Source of the DNA: Candidatus Sumerlaeota bacterium
GTDB lineage: Bacteria; Sumerlaeota; Sumerlaeia; SLMS01
Direction: 5' to 3'
DNA: 59,240 bases
Assembly: GCA_007132505.1 (NCBI GenBank)
Contig: SLOM01000098.1
Span: forward strand, 1 to 59,240
Shown piece after piece: positions 48,053 through 57,590 of this stretch; the first letter of the stretch is position 1, and each line of letters starts with the position of its first letter. Position numbers and translations under genes: made by a program. The notes below the pieces were generated by a model, which was not told the DNA's origin, did no database searches, and was given only the letters and a program-made list of their open reading frames with translations.

Positions 48053-49438
48053 CTACCGTCCCAACATCACACGGGCCATGTGGCCGCCCCAGATGGCAAT
48101 CCCGGTGACCTCCAGGATGCCGCTTATGCCCGTCACGGGGAACGCCCAAGCGCCGATGTCGGTGGTGAGCTGAAAGAACACCCGCATGGCACAGCCCGCG
48201 TTCACAAGGATGAAGGGAGCCCACAGGGCGGTCAGCTTCGGAGGGCTGCTCCCCCACCGCGTCTCAGCCGCCACAAACGCTCCCACACCCATGATCATCA
48301 GGCTGATGAAACCGACCGTGATGGCGTGCCGTATGGAACCGTAATACGCATGGGAGAATCCCATCTCCACGGCCCCGCTTCCCGGAGCAACCATAGGCAA
48401 TATCACGAACTGCCACACCGGAAAAGACACAAGCATGACCAAAGACAACAGCAGCCACACGTAGGCGGTGCGGACGAACTTCGCACTTCGATTGTGCAGT
48501 GCGGGGGATCGGAGAACCCCGAGGGCACGGACCTGCCAGATCGCTCCGCCAAGCAGCAGCAGCGCCGCCAGTCCCCAGAGCGCTCCCCAACGATACCCAA
48601 CCTCGCGCATCAGGATGAACGAGACAATCTGCAACAGGACAGCAACGTTCAGGACCGCAGCCAGCCATGTCCCCACACGGGCTGATGGGCTCCTCCAGCC
48701 AAAGAACGCGGGCAGGATGCGTAGGCTGACCCCGAAGACGATCAACATCGAGAAGCCGTGAATCTGTGCGTCCCGCAGGGGCGCCTGCCACGTGGCGACA
48801 AGGTGCAGCATCTCCTCGCGCGTGGGAGCCCAGGCGATGGCGGCGAAATAGACCGTCTCGTACACGGCCTGCACAGCGAACCAGCCCAGGGCGCTCAGGA
48901 TCAGGACGTCCGAACCGGATAGACGCAGCAAGGATCGCCTCATGAGGCCCACCATCTGTTGGAGAAAGATCCCGATGGCGATCAGCTCCAGCCCGTTGCC
49001 GAAGAGCGCCGGCCAGACCGTCCAGGGAGCTGTACGGGCGAACGGCTCCAGCGACGAACGAAGGACGATCCCCGCCAGCATCAGCACGAGCGAGAGCTTC
49101 GCGCCAACTGGCCAGGAAAGCGCCGTCTGCTTGAAGCGGGGGAACATCAGGTAGGCAAAGCCCTTCACAAACAGACCCACCCAGCCGAAGATCTGGGCGT
49201 GACCGTGGGCATTCACCTCGTGAATCCCGACGGACGTGAAGGAGCCCTCCCAAGCGATGCGCAGCAGAAGATAGGCTCCCCACACCGCGCCGAAAGTAAG
49301 AATGACCGCGATGCCGGAAAGGAAGAAGCCCTTGTGTATAGATGTCGGGTTCCCGGCGGTGAGGAGCCGGAGTGCTTCACGTTTTTGGCTCTCGAAGTCC
49401 GTGCGGGACTCGGAGGGATGAATGCTGACCGTGCTCAT
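48053..49438 (-). CDS. nnrS: NnrS-like polytopic membrane protein
   Basis: About 12 predicted TM segments. HAHGHAQIFGWVGLFVKGFAY resembles the NnrS H.HE.LFGF motif. Lies directly downstream of ytfE. Confidence 0.5.
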   Translation of the reverse strand: MSTVSIHPSESRTDFESQKREALRLLTAGNPTSIHKGFFLSGIAVILTFGAVWGAYLLLRIAWEGSFTSVGIHEVNAHGHAQIFGWVGLFVKGFAYLMFPRFKQTALSWPVGAKLSLVLMLAGIVLRSSLEPFARTAPWTVWPALFGNGLELIAIGIFLQQMVGLMRRSLLRLSGSDVLILSALGWFAVQAVYETVYFAAIAWAPTREEMLHLVATWQAPLRDAQIHGFSMLIVFGVSLRILPAFFGWRSPSARVGTWLAAVLNVAVLLQIVSFILMREVGYRWGALWGLAALLLLGGAIWQVRALGVLRSPALHNRSAKFVRTAYVWLLLSLVMLVSFPVWQFVILPMVAPGSGAVEMGFSHAYYGSIRHAITVGFISLMIMGVGAFVAAETRWGSSPPKLTALWAPFILVNAGCAMRVFFQLTTDIGAWAFPVTGISGILEVTGIAIWGGHMARVMLGR

Positions 49439-49495
49439 GCGACTGCACCTGGACCGGTGGATTCGGTGCGCTTCATTGTCGGGCCGGCGACCCCG

Positions 49496-50206
49496 TCAGG
49501 TCGTGACCGCTTTCAGCGTCCGCGGGAACAGGACGTTGTTTTCCTTGTGAATATGGATGTGCATGTCCTTTTCCAGCCGCTCCAGCCCATCGTAGAGCAC
49601 CCGCCAAGTGTTGCACGCGTGGGGCGGGGGATCATACCCGCCCGTCAGCTCGTTCAGCCTGGCGAGCGCTTCGCCCGCTTCGGCGTGTTCGTCCTCCATG
49701 CATTTGATCGGACTGCCCACCGCATCGTTGGGAAAGGGTCCGGCAGCCTGCCCGGCGTCAATTCGGCGGATCCACGGGAAAAGAATGACTTCTTCCTTCC
49801 CCATGTGGCTCTCAAGCTCCGCCTTTAGTCGCTTGAAGACAGAGCGTATCTTGATCGTTTCCGCGTGGTTGTCGCCATGAACCGAGGCGACCTTGTCCAC
49901 CATGGCGTGGAGCCGGGACAGCTCCCCTCGGAGATGCTCGTGGTGGACCTTGATGATATGCTCGCAGAGGGCAGTGAGCGAGAGTCCCGCCCAATCCGGC
50001 TCGGCAGGAGGCTGAGCTTCGTCGAGCTCGGCGATTCTGGCCGCCACGGCCTCCGGGTCGGCGTTCTTTGCCCGGCAAGCCTCCGCGAGAGGCAGCTTCC
50101 CGCCGCAGCAGTAATCAATGCCGTACTCCTCGAACACACGGGCGCGATCGGGGCTCTCGGTGACGAGCTGGCCGACTGGGGTTTCAAGTGCGATGGTGGC
50201 TGGCAT
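49496..50206 (-). CDS. ytfE: Iron-sulfur cluster repair di-iron protein (RIC/YtfE/ScdA)
   Basis: From ATG 50206: ARVFEEYGIDYCCGGK.PL, HMGKEEVILFPWI, MEDEHAEAGE, PPPHACNTWRVLY, HIHKENNVLFPR. Collinear with E. coli YtfE. Confidence 0.9.
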   Translation of the reverse strand: MPATIALETPVGQLVTESPDRARVFEEYGIDYCCGGKLPLAEACRAKNADPEAVAARIAELDEAQPPAEPDWAGLSLTALCEHIIKVHHEHLRGELSRLHAMVDKVASVHGDNHAETIKIRSVFKRLKAELESHMGKEEVILFPWIRRIDAGQAAGPFPNDAVGSPIKCMEDEHAEAGEALARLNELTGGYDPPPHACNTWRVLYDGLERLEKDMHIHIHKENNVLFPRTLKAVTT

Positions 50207-50457
50207 GGGGGTGTACTCCTCTCTGTGGTGGCCGGGAGGCGCCCCGGGGGGAAGCGGCGAGGTGGGGGATTCCACTTCCCTGGCTGCGGGTGTTCTCGCG
50301 GGGCCGCCACGAGGCGCAGCGTCCCGGCTCTGCGGAGAGGGTAGTACCAGATATAGGGATGTCAATGTCCCTTTTATGGTCCGGGCAGAAAAGAATCCTG
50401 ATGGCCGTTGGGGTAACTGGCCGGCCCCCCGGGGCGATCAGCGGGCCCGGGTTCCAG

Positions 50458-51447
50458 CTACTTGCCGACGTCCCACTCGTACTCGATGTATTCGCGCTCG
50501 AAGGACCCGTCGTCGTAGAGGTCCACGATGGCGTAGCCCGGTTCGCAATCCTTGTGGCGCCCGTGCCACCAGGAGCCCGACACCGCCCCGTTGCAGAGGT
50601 AGGTGATGCCGTTGTAATCCACCCGGTCCACCAGGTGGACGTGGCCGCTCAGGCAGACCTTGATGTTGGGGTAGTTGGCGAAGAGGTCCCGCAGCCGGTG
50701 AACATCCTGGTGCATGAGCGCTCCTGCCACCCGGAACTGGTAGTTCTCCACGATATTGTCGTAGAAGAAATAGGGGGTCACGCTGATGACCGGCACGTGG
50801 GAGAGGATGAGAATGGGCGTTTCGGCGGGTACGGAATCGAGGTCCGCCTTGAGCCACTCGATCTGGTCGTCTTCGAGGAGCGGCTGATAGGCTCCCCCGC
50901 CGCGTTCGCGAACGCTGTCCAGCACGGTGAAGTGCCATCCCGCGCGGTCGAAGCTGTAGTAGCCGCTCTCCAGTTCGAGTTCCTGCTTCACCCACACCTT
51001 GCCGTAGAGGGGTTCATCGCCGGTGGTGCCGGCCCGGGAGCGCTGCCAGCCCCAGACGTCGTGATTGCCGATGCAGTGGATCATGGGGAGTTCGAGGTTC
51101 TCGTTCATGATCTTGTGCCAGGTTTCCCACTGGGCGCGCGTGGAGTCCTTGTCTGCTCCGAGGGCGCTCATGATGGCGTCGCCGCCGTTGAAAAGGACAT
51201 CCGGGGGTTCGGCAAGGGACTGGACGTGCTCCAGGCACGCAACGAGCCCGGCAGGGCCCCTCCCGGTCGGGCGGATGTGCATGTCGGTGAGGTGCCCGAT
51301 GCGCAGAACGCGCCGGCGGTTGGGCGAGGGCGCTGGCGAGGTGGCTTCAGCGGGTCGGGCAAGGCCTGCCAGACCGGCTCCGGCGGCCACCAGGCCGGTG
51401 GCCTTGAGCAGTTGCCTGCGGGTGAGGGTGTTGGGCTTGCGGTCCAT
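50458..51447 (-). CDS. Tat-exported calcineurin-like metallophosphoesterase
   Basis: Twin-arginine signal TRRQLLKATGLVAAGAGLAGLARPAEA. Metallophosphoesterase blocks GHLTDMH, NGGDAI, GNHD and LSGHVH. Confidence 0.75.
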   Translation of the reverse strand: MDRKPNTLTRRQLLKATGLVAAGAGLAGLARPAEATSPAPSPNRRRVLRIGHLTDMHIRPTGRGPAGLVACLEHVQSLAEPPDVLFNGGDAIMSALGADKDSTRAQWETWHKIMNENLELPMIHCIGNHDVWGWQRSRAGTTGDEPLYGKVWVKQELELESGYYSFDRAGWHFTVLDSVRERGGGAYQPLLEDDQIEWLKADLDSVPAETPILILSHVPVISVTPYFFYDNIVENYQFRVAGALMHQDVHRLRDLFANYPNIKVCLSGHVHLVDRVDYNGITYLCNGAVSGSWWHGRHKDCEPGYAIVDLYDDGSFEREYIEYEWDVGK

Positions 51448-51717
51448 GAGACGTCTCCACGCTCCAAACGTGAGACGGGACCGTAGTGCCGTTACACCCG
51501 ATGCGTCGAGCCTATTGTTCACGATGGGCAGCCGACATGCCGGGGCAAATGTCCATCATTGCACCGGGCGCAGAGTATGCTACCTTCCATGTGGAAGAAG
51601 ACCTCTCTGGTGCGGCTGTCTACCCTGCTCCAGGAGCCGCCGGAGGTCTTCCCTCCACGGTTGCGGCGAGCATCCACCGCGGCCGGGAAACCGGACGCAA
51701 AGGAGGCAAGCAAGCCC

Positions 51718-52293
51718 ATGAATTCGGAACTCAGAACAGGCGACGCGCTCTTCATAGTGGACGTGCAGAATGACTTCTGCCCCGGAGGCGCGCTGGCGGT
51801 ACCCGAGGGAGACGCGGTGGTGCCGGTGCTCAATCGGTGGATTAAGCGAGCACGGGCCGCGAGCCTGCCAATCTATGCCTCCCGCGATTGGCACCCACGC
51901 GAGCACTCCAGTTTCGAGCATCAGGATGGCCAGTGGCCGCAGCACTGCGTGCAGGGAACCGAGGGGGCTGCTCTCCATCCGGAACTGGCCCTCCCGGATG
52001 ACGCACGCATCCTTGACAAGGGCACGAAGCTCGAGAGGGACGAGTACTCCGCGTTTCAGGCAGGCCCACTCGCGGAAGAGCTACGGGGGGCCGGCATCAA
52101 TCGGCTTTGGCTTGGTGGCCTGGCGCAGGATGTGTGCGTGCGTCAGACGGCCCTCGATGCGCGCAAAGCAGGCTTCGACGTGGTCTTGATCGAGGCCGCC
52201 ACCCGCCCGATTGATGCGGAAGGCGGACGCGAGGCCCTCGAGGAGATGCGCAACGCGGGTGTCCAAGTCATGCCGGGAGACAACAAGGCATGA
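51718..52293 (+). CDS. pncA: Nicotinamidase/pyrazinamidase
   Basis: ALFIVDVQNDFCPGGALAV and LWLGGLAQDVCV (catalytic Cys). AGGAGG 51701-51706 precedes ATG 51718. Confidence 0.85.
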   Translation: MNSELRTGDALFIVDVQNDFCPGGALAVPEGDAVVPVLNRWIKRARAASLPIYASRDWHPREHSSFEHQDGQWPQHCVQGTEGAALHPELALPDDARILDKGTKLERDEYSAFQAGPLAEELRGAGINRLWLGGLAQDVCVRQTALDARKAGFDVVLIEAATRPIDAEGGREALEEMRNAGVQVMPGDNKA

Positions 52294-53642
52294 GCAACAG
52301 CCCAAAGGGTGGCCTTTTCACCGATCTTTACGAACTGACCATGGCCCAAGCCTACCTGGAGCATGACATCCGGGCAGAGGCACAGTTTGAGGTTTTCTTC
52401 CGCCGGATGGAGGGACGGAACTTCTATTTGGCGGCCGGATTGGAGAGCGTGCTCGATTCGCTCGAGGGGTTCGGCTATACATCCGCGGATTTGGACTATC
52501 TCCATAGCACAGGCAGGTTCTCCGATGACTTGTTGGATTACCTGAGGGGATTACGTTTCACCGGGAGCGTGGAGGCCATGCCGGAGGGGACGGCTGTCTT
52601 TCCCATGGAACCGCTGCTGCGTGTGCGGGGCCCCATGATCGAAGCGCAGCTCGTGGAGACACTGGTCCTGAATCAGGTTCACTTCCAGACCCTTGCGGCT
52701 TCGAAAGCAGCGCGCATGGCACTGGCGGCACGCGGGCTGCCGGTTTTGGATTTTGGGGCCCGCCGGGCGCACGGGTGCGATGCGGCACTCGGCGTGGCGC
52801 GCGCCGGGTGGATCGGAGGGCTGGCAGGGTCGTCGTTGGTGGAAGCGGGAAGGCGGTACGGCATTCAGGTCTCCGGCACAATGGCGCACAGCTACATACA
52901 GGCCCACGAGGACGAACTGGAGGCACTGCGGCGGTTCCAGCAGACCTTCCCGGAAACCATTCTCCTCGTGGATACATACGACACGATCGAGGGCGTGCGG
53001 CAGGTGATCGAACTGGCCCGCGAGTTGGGCGAATCCTTCCGCGTGCAGGGCATCCGCCTCGATTCCGGGGACTTGCTGGAGCTTTCCAGGCAGGCGCGGG
53101 AGATGCTCGACGAAGCCGGCCTGAAACACCTGAAGATTCTCGCATCCGGCGGACTCGGGGAGCACCAAATCGAGGAGTTGCTGGGCAAGGGCGCCCCGCT
53201 CGACGGTTTCGGCGTCGGCACCAAACTCGCCGTCAGCAGGGACGTGCCGGCGATAGACATCGCTTACAAGCTTGTGGATTACGCGGGTGAGCCACGAACG
53301 AAGTTCTCCGCCCGCAAGGCGATCTATCCCGGCCCGAAGCAGGTCTTCCGGCGCATGGACGGGGGCGTAATGGTGGGTGACGTGCTTGCCACGGCAGGGG
53401 ACCGTCTTGACGGAGAACCACTGCTGCACCCCGTCATGAGCAATGGCAGCCGGCTCGATGCAGGACGGGAGTCGCTCGACGCCATGCGCGAGCGCGCCCG
53501 CAAGTCAATCGAGACCCTCCCGGAACGCCTCCGGAAGCTGGAGACCGCAGAACCTCCCTACCCGGTCGAGCCGAGCGAGCTACTGCGGGAGGTGATGGAG
53601 AGCCTCCGGCGCAAATCGGATGCTTCAGCAACAAGCCTGTAG
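52290..53642 (+). CDS. pncB: Nicotinate phosphoribosyltransferase
   Basis: LFTDLYELTMAQAYL and GTMAHSYI. The start overlaps the pncA stop (ATGA). Confidence 0.82.
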   Translation: MSNSPKGGLFTDLYELTMAQAYLEHDIRAEAQFEVFFRRMEGRNFYLAAGLESVLDSLEGFGYTSADLDYLHSTGRFSDDLLDYLRGLRFTGSVEAMPEGTAVFPMEPLLRVRGPMIEAQLVETLVLNQVHFQTLAASKAARMALAARGLPVLDFGARRAHGCDAALGVARAGWIGGLAGSSLVEAGRRYGIQVSGTMAHSYIQAHEDELEALRRFQQTFPETILLVDTYDTIEGVRQVIELARELGESFRVQGIRLDSGDLLELSRQAREMLDEAGLKHLKILASGGLGEHQIEELLGKGAPLDGFGVGTKLAVSRDVPAIDIAYKLVDYAGEPRTKFSARKAIYPGPKQVFRRMDGGVMVGDVLATAGDRLDGEPLLHPVMSNGSRLDAGRESLDAMRERARKSIETLPERLRKLETAEPPYPVEPSELLREVMESLRRKSDASATSL

Positions 53643-53663
53643 GTGGGCGTGCTCCGGTTTACA

Positions 53664-55130
53664 TTACGTAAGCGTCAGCACACGGCCGGGCCGCTCGGCG
53701 GTGAAGCTGCCATCCCTGCGGACAGCCTTGCCGTTGACGAAGACCCAATCGAAGCCCTCCGCGAGCTGATGTGGGTCCGTGTAGCTGGCCTTCTCGCGGA
53801 TGCGGCCGGGATCAAAGATGAGAAGGTCCGCTGCGTGCCCGGCACGCAGGTATCCGCGGCGATGGAGACCGAGAATATCCGCCGTGGCGCCCGTCATCCT
53901 GTGTATGGCGTCCTCGAGCGGGAACAGGCGGCGCTCCCTTACAAAGTGCTCGATCAGCCGCGCGAAAGTGCCATATCCGCGCGGATGGAACCACTTCGGG
54001 TCGCCGTCGGAGCTGAAAACGTTGTGCGGGTACTGCATCAACCGCGCCTGCAGCTCTTCGTCCATGGAGAAATACGCCGCGTAGGTGCCGTCCGGCCCCA
54101 CGTCATCCAGCAGGAAGTCCTCGAAAGGCTTTCCGGCCCGGCGGGCGGCCTCCCCGAGCGTCTGGCCTTTCCATTCCGACTCGCCGAGCAGCACTGCTCC
54201 CGGTCCGTTGCGTCTCTCCACGCGATGGCGTATATATGAAGCCATCTCTGCGCGCCGCTCGCGAAGCGCGGCCTGGAAGTCCTCCCGCGTCTTCGCCCAG
54301 CCGGGAAACAGAATGCCGATTGTTGTGCAGCTTGCGGTGTAGGGATAGATGTCTCCGGTGACCCGTACGCCCTCCGCCCGCGCCTGATCCATGCGGGCCA
54401 GGAAACTCTCCGCGCGTGCAGGTCCCTCGCCATGAACGATCTTCATGTGGGAGCCGTGGACGTGACAGCCGCCCTGGCGCCCCTGCTCAATGAGTTCATC
54501 GAGCGCGGCGTCTATCAGCTCGTCGTCCTCGCTGCGCATGTGGCTCATGATCAAACGCCCTGCACGCCCGGTGTTGCGCGCCATCTCGAGCAGTTCTTCC
54601 ATCGGTGCCACCCGGCCCGGCACGTACTCAAGTCCCGTGGTGAGGCCGAAGTACCCTTCAGCCATTGCTTCGGCGGTGAGCCTGCCGATGAGGCGGACCT
54701 GCTCGGGAGAAGGGTCCGGCGAGTAATCAATTCCAGCCTTGCGGCGCAGCGTGCCATGACCCGCAAAGGGGACAACGTTCGGAGCCGGACCGGCCGAGTG
54801 GACCTTCTCACTCCAGTCCGCGAGCGACCCCTCGGTGGGACTCCGCCCGTCCTGCCCAAGGCAGAGTGAGGTCACACCCATTGCGGTGTAATTCTCGAAG
54901 GCCGGAGTTTCCAGAGGGTCCCCATGGCAATGGGCGTCTATGAAGCCGGGAGTGACCGCACGGCCGGCCGCCTCCACCACCACCGCACCTTCCGGGGGTG
55001 TGATCTTTCCGGGTGGTTGGATGTCCGCGATCGTTCCGTCCTGAATAAGGAGGTCCGCTGCGATCGCCGGGACCCCACTGCCGTCAATAACCAAACCTCC
55101 CTTGACAAGAGTATAGACGCTTTCGGGCAT
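53664..55130 (-). CDS. N-acyl-D-amino-acid deacylase (D-aminoacylase) family amidohydrolase
   Basis: GLVIDGSG......DLLIQDGTIADI and GFIDAHCHGD at the N-terminus. About 480 aa, typical of the family. Confidence 0.65.
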   Translation of the reverse strand: MPESVYTLVKGGLVIDGSGVPAIAADLLIQDGTIADIQPPGKITPPEGAVVVEAAGRAVTPGFIDAHCHGDPLETPAFENYTAMGVTSLCLGQDGRSPTEGSLADWSEKVHSAGPAPNVVPFAGHGTLRRKAGIDYSPDPSPEQVRLIGRLTAEAMAEGYFGLTTGLEYVPGRVAPMEELLEMARNTGRAGRLIMSHMRSEDDELIDAALDELIEQGRQGGCHVHGSHMKIVHGEGPARAESFLARMDQARAEGVRVTGDIYPYTASCTTIGILFPGWAKTREDFQAALRERRAEMASYIRHRVERRNGPGAVLLGESEWKGQTLGEAARRAGKPFEDFLLDDVGPDGTYAAYFSMDEELQARLMQYPHNVFSSDGDPKWFHPRGYGTFARLIEHFVRERRLFPLEDAIHRMTGATADILGLHRRGYLRAGHAADLLIFDPGRIREKASYTDPHQLAEGFDWVFVNGKAVRRDGSFTAERPGRVLTLT

Positions 55131-55353
55131 GGGCGGCTCCTTGTGCTCAATAATCGGACGGCATTCAGCAGCAGTTCAGTCACAGCCCCTTGCGGTGTCA
55201 TCAGAAAACTCCCGCCGTGGCACAGCGAGGCAGGATGCTTCGAAGCCCTGTAGCAGGGGGACAGAGCGTTGACTTTCCCCCGCGGTGCGGGTTCCCTGTC
55301 CGTCAGGGCCCCATAGTGGCCGGATCTCCTCCCCCAAGAGAAGGAACTCGCCC

Positions 55354-56334
55354 ATGTCCACTCCCCTTCCACGCGATCTCCCAGCCGTGTACTCGTGCAG
55401 CCACGTCCTCATGGTGGAACCCAACAACTTCACCTACAACGAGGAGACCTCCGACACGAATGCCTTCCAGCACCTGCCCGCCGGGATCGGGACGGAGGAA
55501 GTGGCGGAACGCGCCCTCGACCAGCACCGCAGGCTCCAGGAACTGCTGACCACGAACGGGGTGACGGTGACGCTCCTTCGGGCGGAGAAGGACACACCGG
55601 ACGCGCCATTCTGCAACAACTGGTTCTCCACTCACCCGGCCATGGAGGGGCTCCGCGATTCGCACGGCATGATGGAGGAGGACGTGCCCCCGACGGTCGT
55701 GCTCTACCCGCTCATGGCGGAGAATCGCCAGCGGGAGCGGCGGCAGGAACTGATAGACAATCTCTTCCGGCGCCTTTACTCCCGCATGATCAACATGACC
55801 CACCACGAGCACCACGGGCGGTTCCTGGAGAGCACCGGAAGCCTCTGCATGCACGACGCGGCGCGGACCGTCTATGCTGCTATCTCGCCACGGACGGACC
55901 ATGGTCTCGCGGCGGCCTGGGCCGACAAGATGGGCTATCGCCTTGTCGCCTTCCAGGCAACGGGCGAGGACGGGAAGCCATACTACCATACGAACGTGAT
56001 GATGTATATCGGGCACGGTCTGGCGGGGGTCTGCCTGGAATCCATCGAAACCCCCGAGGAGCGCCGCATGGTGGAGGACTCCCTTGAGGCGAGCGGTACC
56101 GCGGTGCTTCCACTCAGCCGGGAGCAGGTGCGACGATTCTGCGGCAATGCGCTATCGCTCACCAACTCCGCCGGGGAGCGGCTGCTCGTCATGTCCACGC
56201 AGGCGTGGGAAAGCTACACCGCGGAACAGAAGCGGCTGATGGAGCAGCACTGCCGGGTCCTGCATAGTGACCTCACGGTATTCGAGGACGCCGGCGGCGG
56301 TTCGGCGCGTTGCCTGATAGGCGAGCTGTTCTGA
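55354..56334 (+). CDS. Guanidino-group-modifying enzyme superfamily protein (arginine-deiminase-related, CtlX-like)
   Basis: VLMVEPNNFTYNEET..TNAFQ, YHTNVMM, and the C-terminal catalytic-Cys context GGGSARCLIGELF. Confidence 0.6.
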   Translation: MSTPLPRDLPAVYSCSHVLMVEPNNFTYNEETSDTNAFQHLPAGIGTEEVAERALDQHRRLQELLTTNGVTVTLLRAEKDTPDAPFCNNWFSTHPAMEGLRDSHGMMEEDVPPTVVLYPLMAENRQRERRQELIDNLFRRLYSRMINMTHHEHHGRFLESTGSLCMHDAARTVYAAISPRTDHGLAAAWADKMGYRLVAFQATGEDGKPYYHTNVMMYIGHGLAGVCLESIETPEERRMVEDSLEASGTAVLPLSREQVRRFCGNALSLTNSAGERLLVMSTQAWESYTAEQKRLMEQHCRVLHSDLTVFEDAGGGSARCLIGELF

Positions 56335-56357
56335 GGCACCGCGTTGGTGAAAAAGGG

Positions 56358-57587
56358 CTACTTGAGCCCCGTCCGCGCGATGCCCTCGATGAAGAACCGC
56401 TGCAGGAAGAAGAAAACAATCACAATCGGGAGGATGGCAAAGCAACTGGCCGCCATCAGGATGTGGAACTCCGTGCCCGCCTCGTCGTTCAGGTTCTGCA
56501 GCCCCACCATGAGGGTGCGCTTCGTGGGAGAACTCGTGACGATCAGAGGCCAGAGCAGCGAGTTCCAATTGTTCAGGAAGTCAAAAATACCGGCGGTTAT
56601 GAAGACCGGCTTGGAGAGCGGCACAACGATCTGCCAAAGGTAGCGGAACCTGCCGGAGCCATCTATACGTGCCGCATCCCACAAATCCTCGGGGATCGTC
56701 ATGAAGAACTGCCGCATGAGGAAAATGGTGAACACCGACGCCAGCCACGGGACCACCAGAGCCGGGTAGGTATCCAGCATCCCCAGCGTGGACAACACGA
56801 GGAAGTTGGGAATCAGAAGCACCTGCCCCGGCACCATCATGGTTGCAAGGATCAGGTAAAACAACACCGTCTTTCCCCAGAAGACCAGGCGTGCGAAGGC
56901 GAAAGCGGCCAGCGCCGACGTGAAGAGCGTCCCCGTCGTGGCGGCCACACTTGTTCCCGCAGAAACGAGGAAATAGGTGAGGAAATTCACCTCGCCTCGG
57001 CTCGTCTGCTCGGGCCGGTACCATGCCCGCAGGAAGTTGCGGGCATCGAGTGACATGATCGGGTTCGTGACAAAGTTTTCCGGATTCGCCATGAAGATGG
57101 AATCCGGGTCGGGCAGCTCCAGAGTCTGCCACACGCCTCCCCGCTCAACCCGCCGGAACCGGACGTCCTGCTCCGGCGCCACGGGGATCTCCTCGCCTTC
57201 CACAAGCTGAATCGCCTGCGGGACCACGCGGATCAACTCGCCGGTTTCCGGGTGCGGTGCCTTGGTCTGGATCTTCGTGGGTGTCCAGTAGGGCGGGAAG
57301 GCAGCCGCCGTCTCTCCGTCCTTGAAGGCCGTCACAACCATCCAATAGAAGGGCAGCAGCATCACTACCGCCCCGATCACGAGCACCTCGTACACAAGGA
57401 AGCGGGAGGCCACGTTTGTGCGGAACCTGCTGGCAGGTGAGACGCTGCCTGCGACGCCCATCGAACCGCGCCAGACCTGCCAGACCGCCAGCGCGTTGAG
57501 CACCAGCATCACCAGCACGATAAGGCGCAGCACGGGATTACCGGCCGTTATGACCGAGAGGACCGAATCGAACAGGGATTGCAGCAT
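56358..57587 (-). CDS. Carbohydrate ABC transporter permease (MalG-like) with a large loop insertion
   Basis: EAA loop DAARIDGSGRFRYLWQIVVPL. 409 aa, with an extra ~120 aa between TM1 and TM2. Confidence 0.8.
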   Translation of the reverse strand: MLQSLFDSVLSVITAGNPVLRLIVLVMLVLNALAVWQVWRGSMGVAGSVSPASRFRTNVASRFLVYEVLVIGAVVMLLPFYWMVVTAFKDGETAAAFPPYWTPTKIQTKAPHPETGELIRVVPQAIQLVEGEEIPVAPEQDVRFRRVERGGVWQTLELPDPDSIFMANPENFVTNPIMSLDARNFLRAWYRPEQTSRGEVNFLTYFLVSAGTSVAATTGTLFTSALAAFAFARLVFWGKTVLFYLILATMMVPGQVLLIPNFLVLSTLGMLDTYPALVVPWLASVFTIFLMRQFFMTIPEDLWDAARIDGSGRFRYLWQIVVPLSKPVFITAGIFDFLNNWNSLLWPLIVTSSPTKRTLMVGLQNLNDEAGTEFHILMAASCFAILPIVIVFFFLQRFFIEGIARTGLK

Positions 57588-57590
57588 CGG

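Noticed and set aside
50540-50551. tRNA T-loop-like GGTTCGCAATCC
   Set aside because: It lies inside the metallophosphoesterase coding region. I could find no acceptor or anticodon stems around it.
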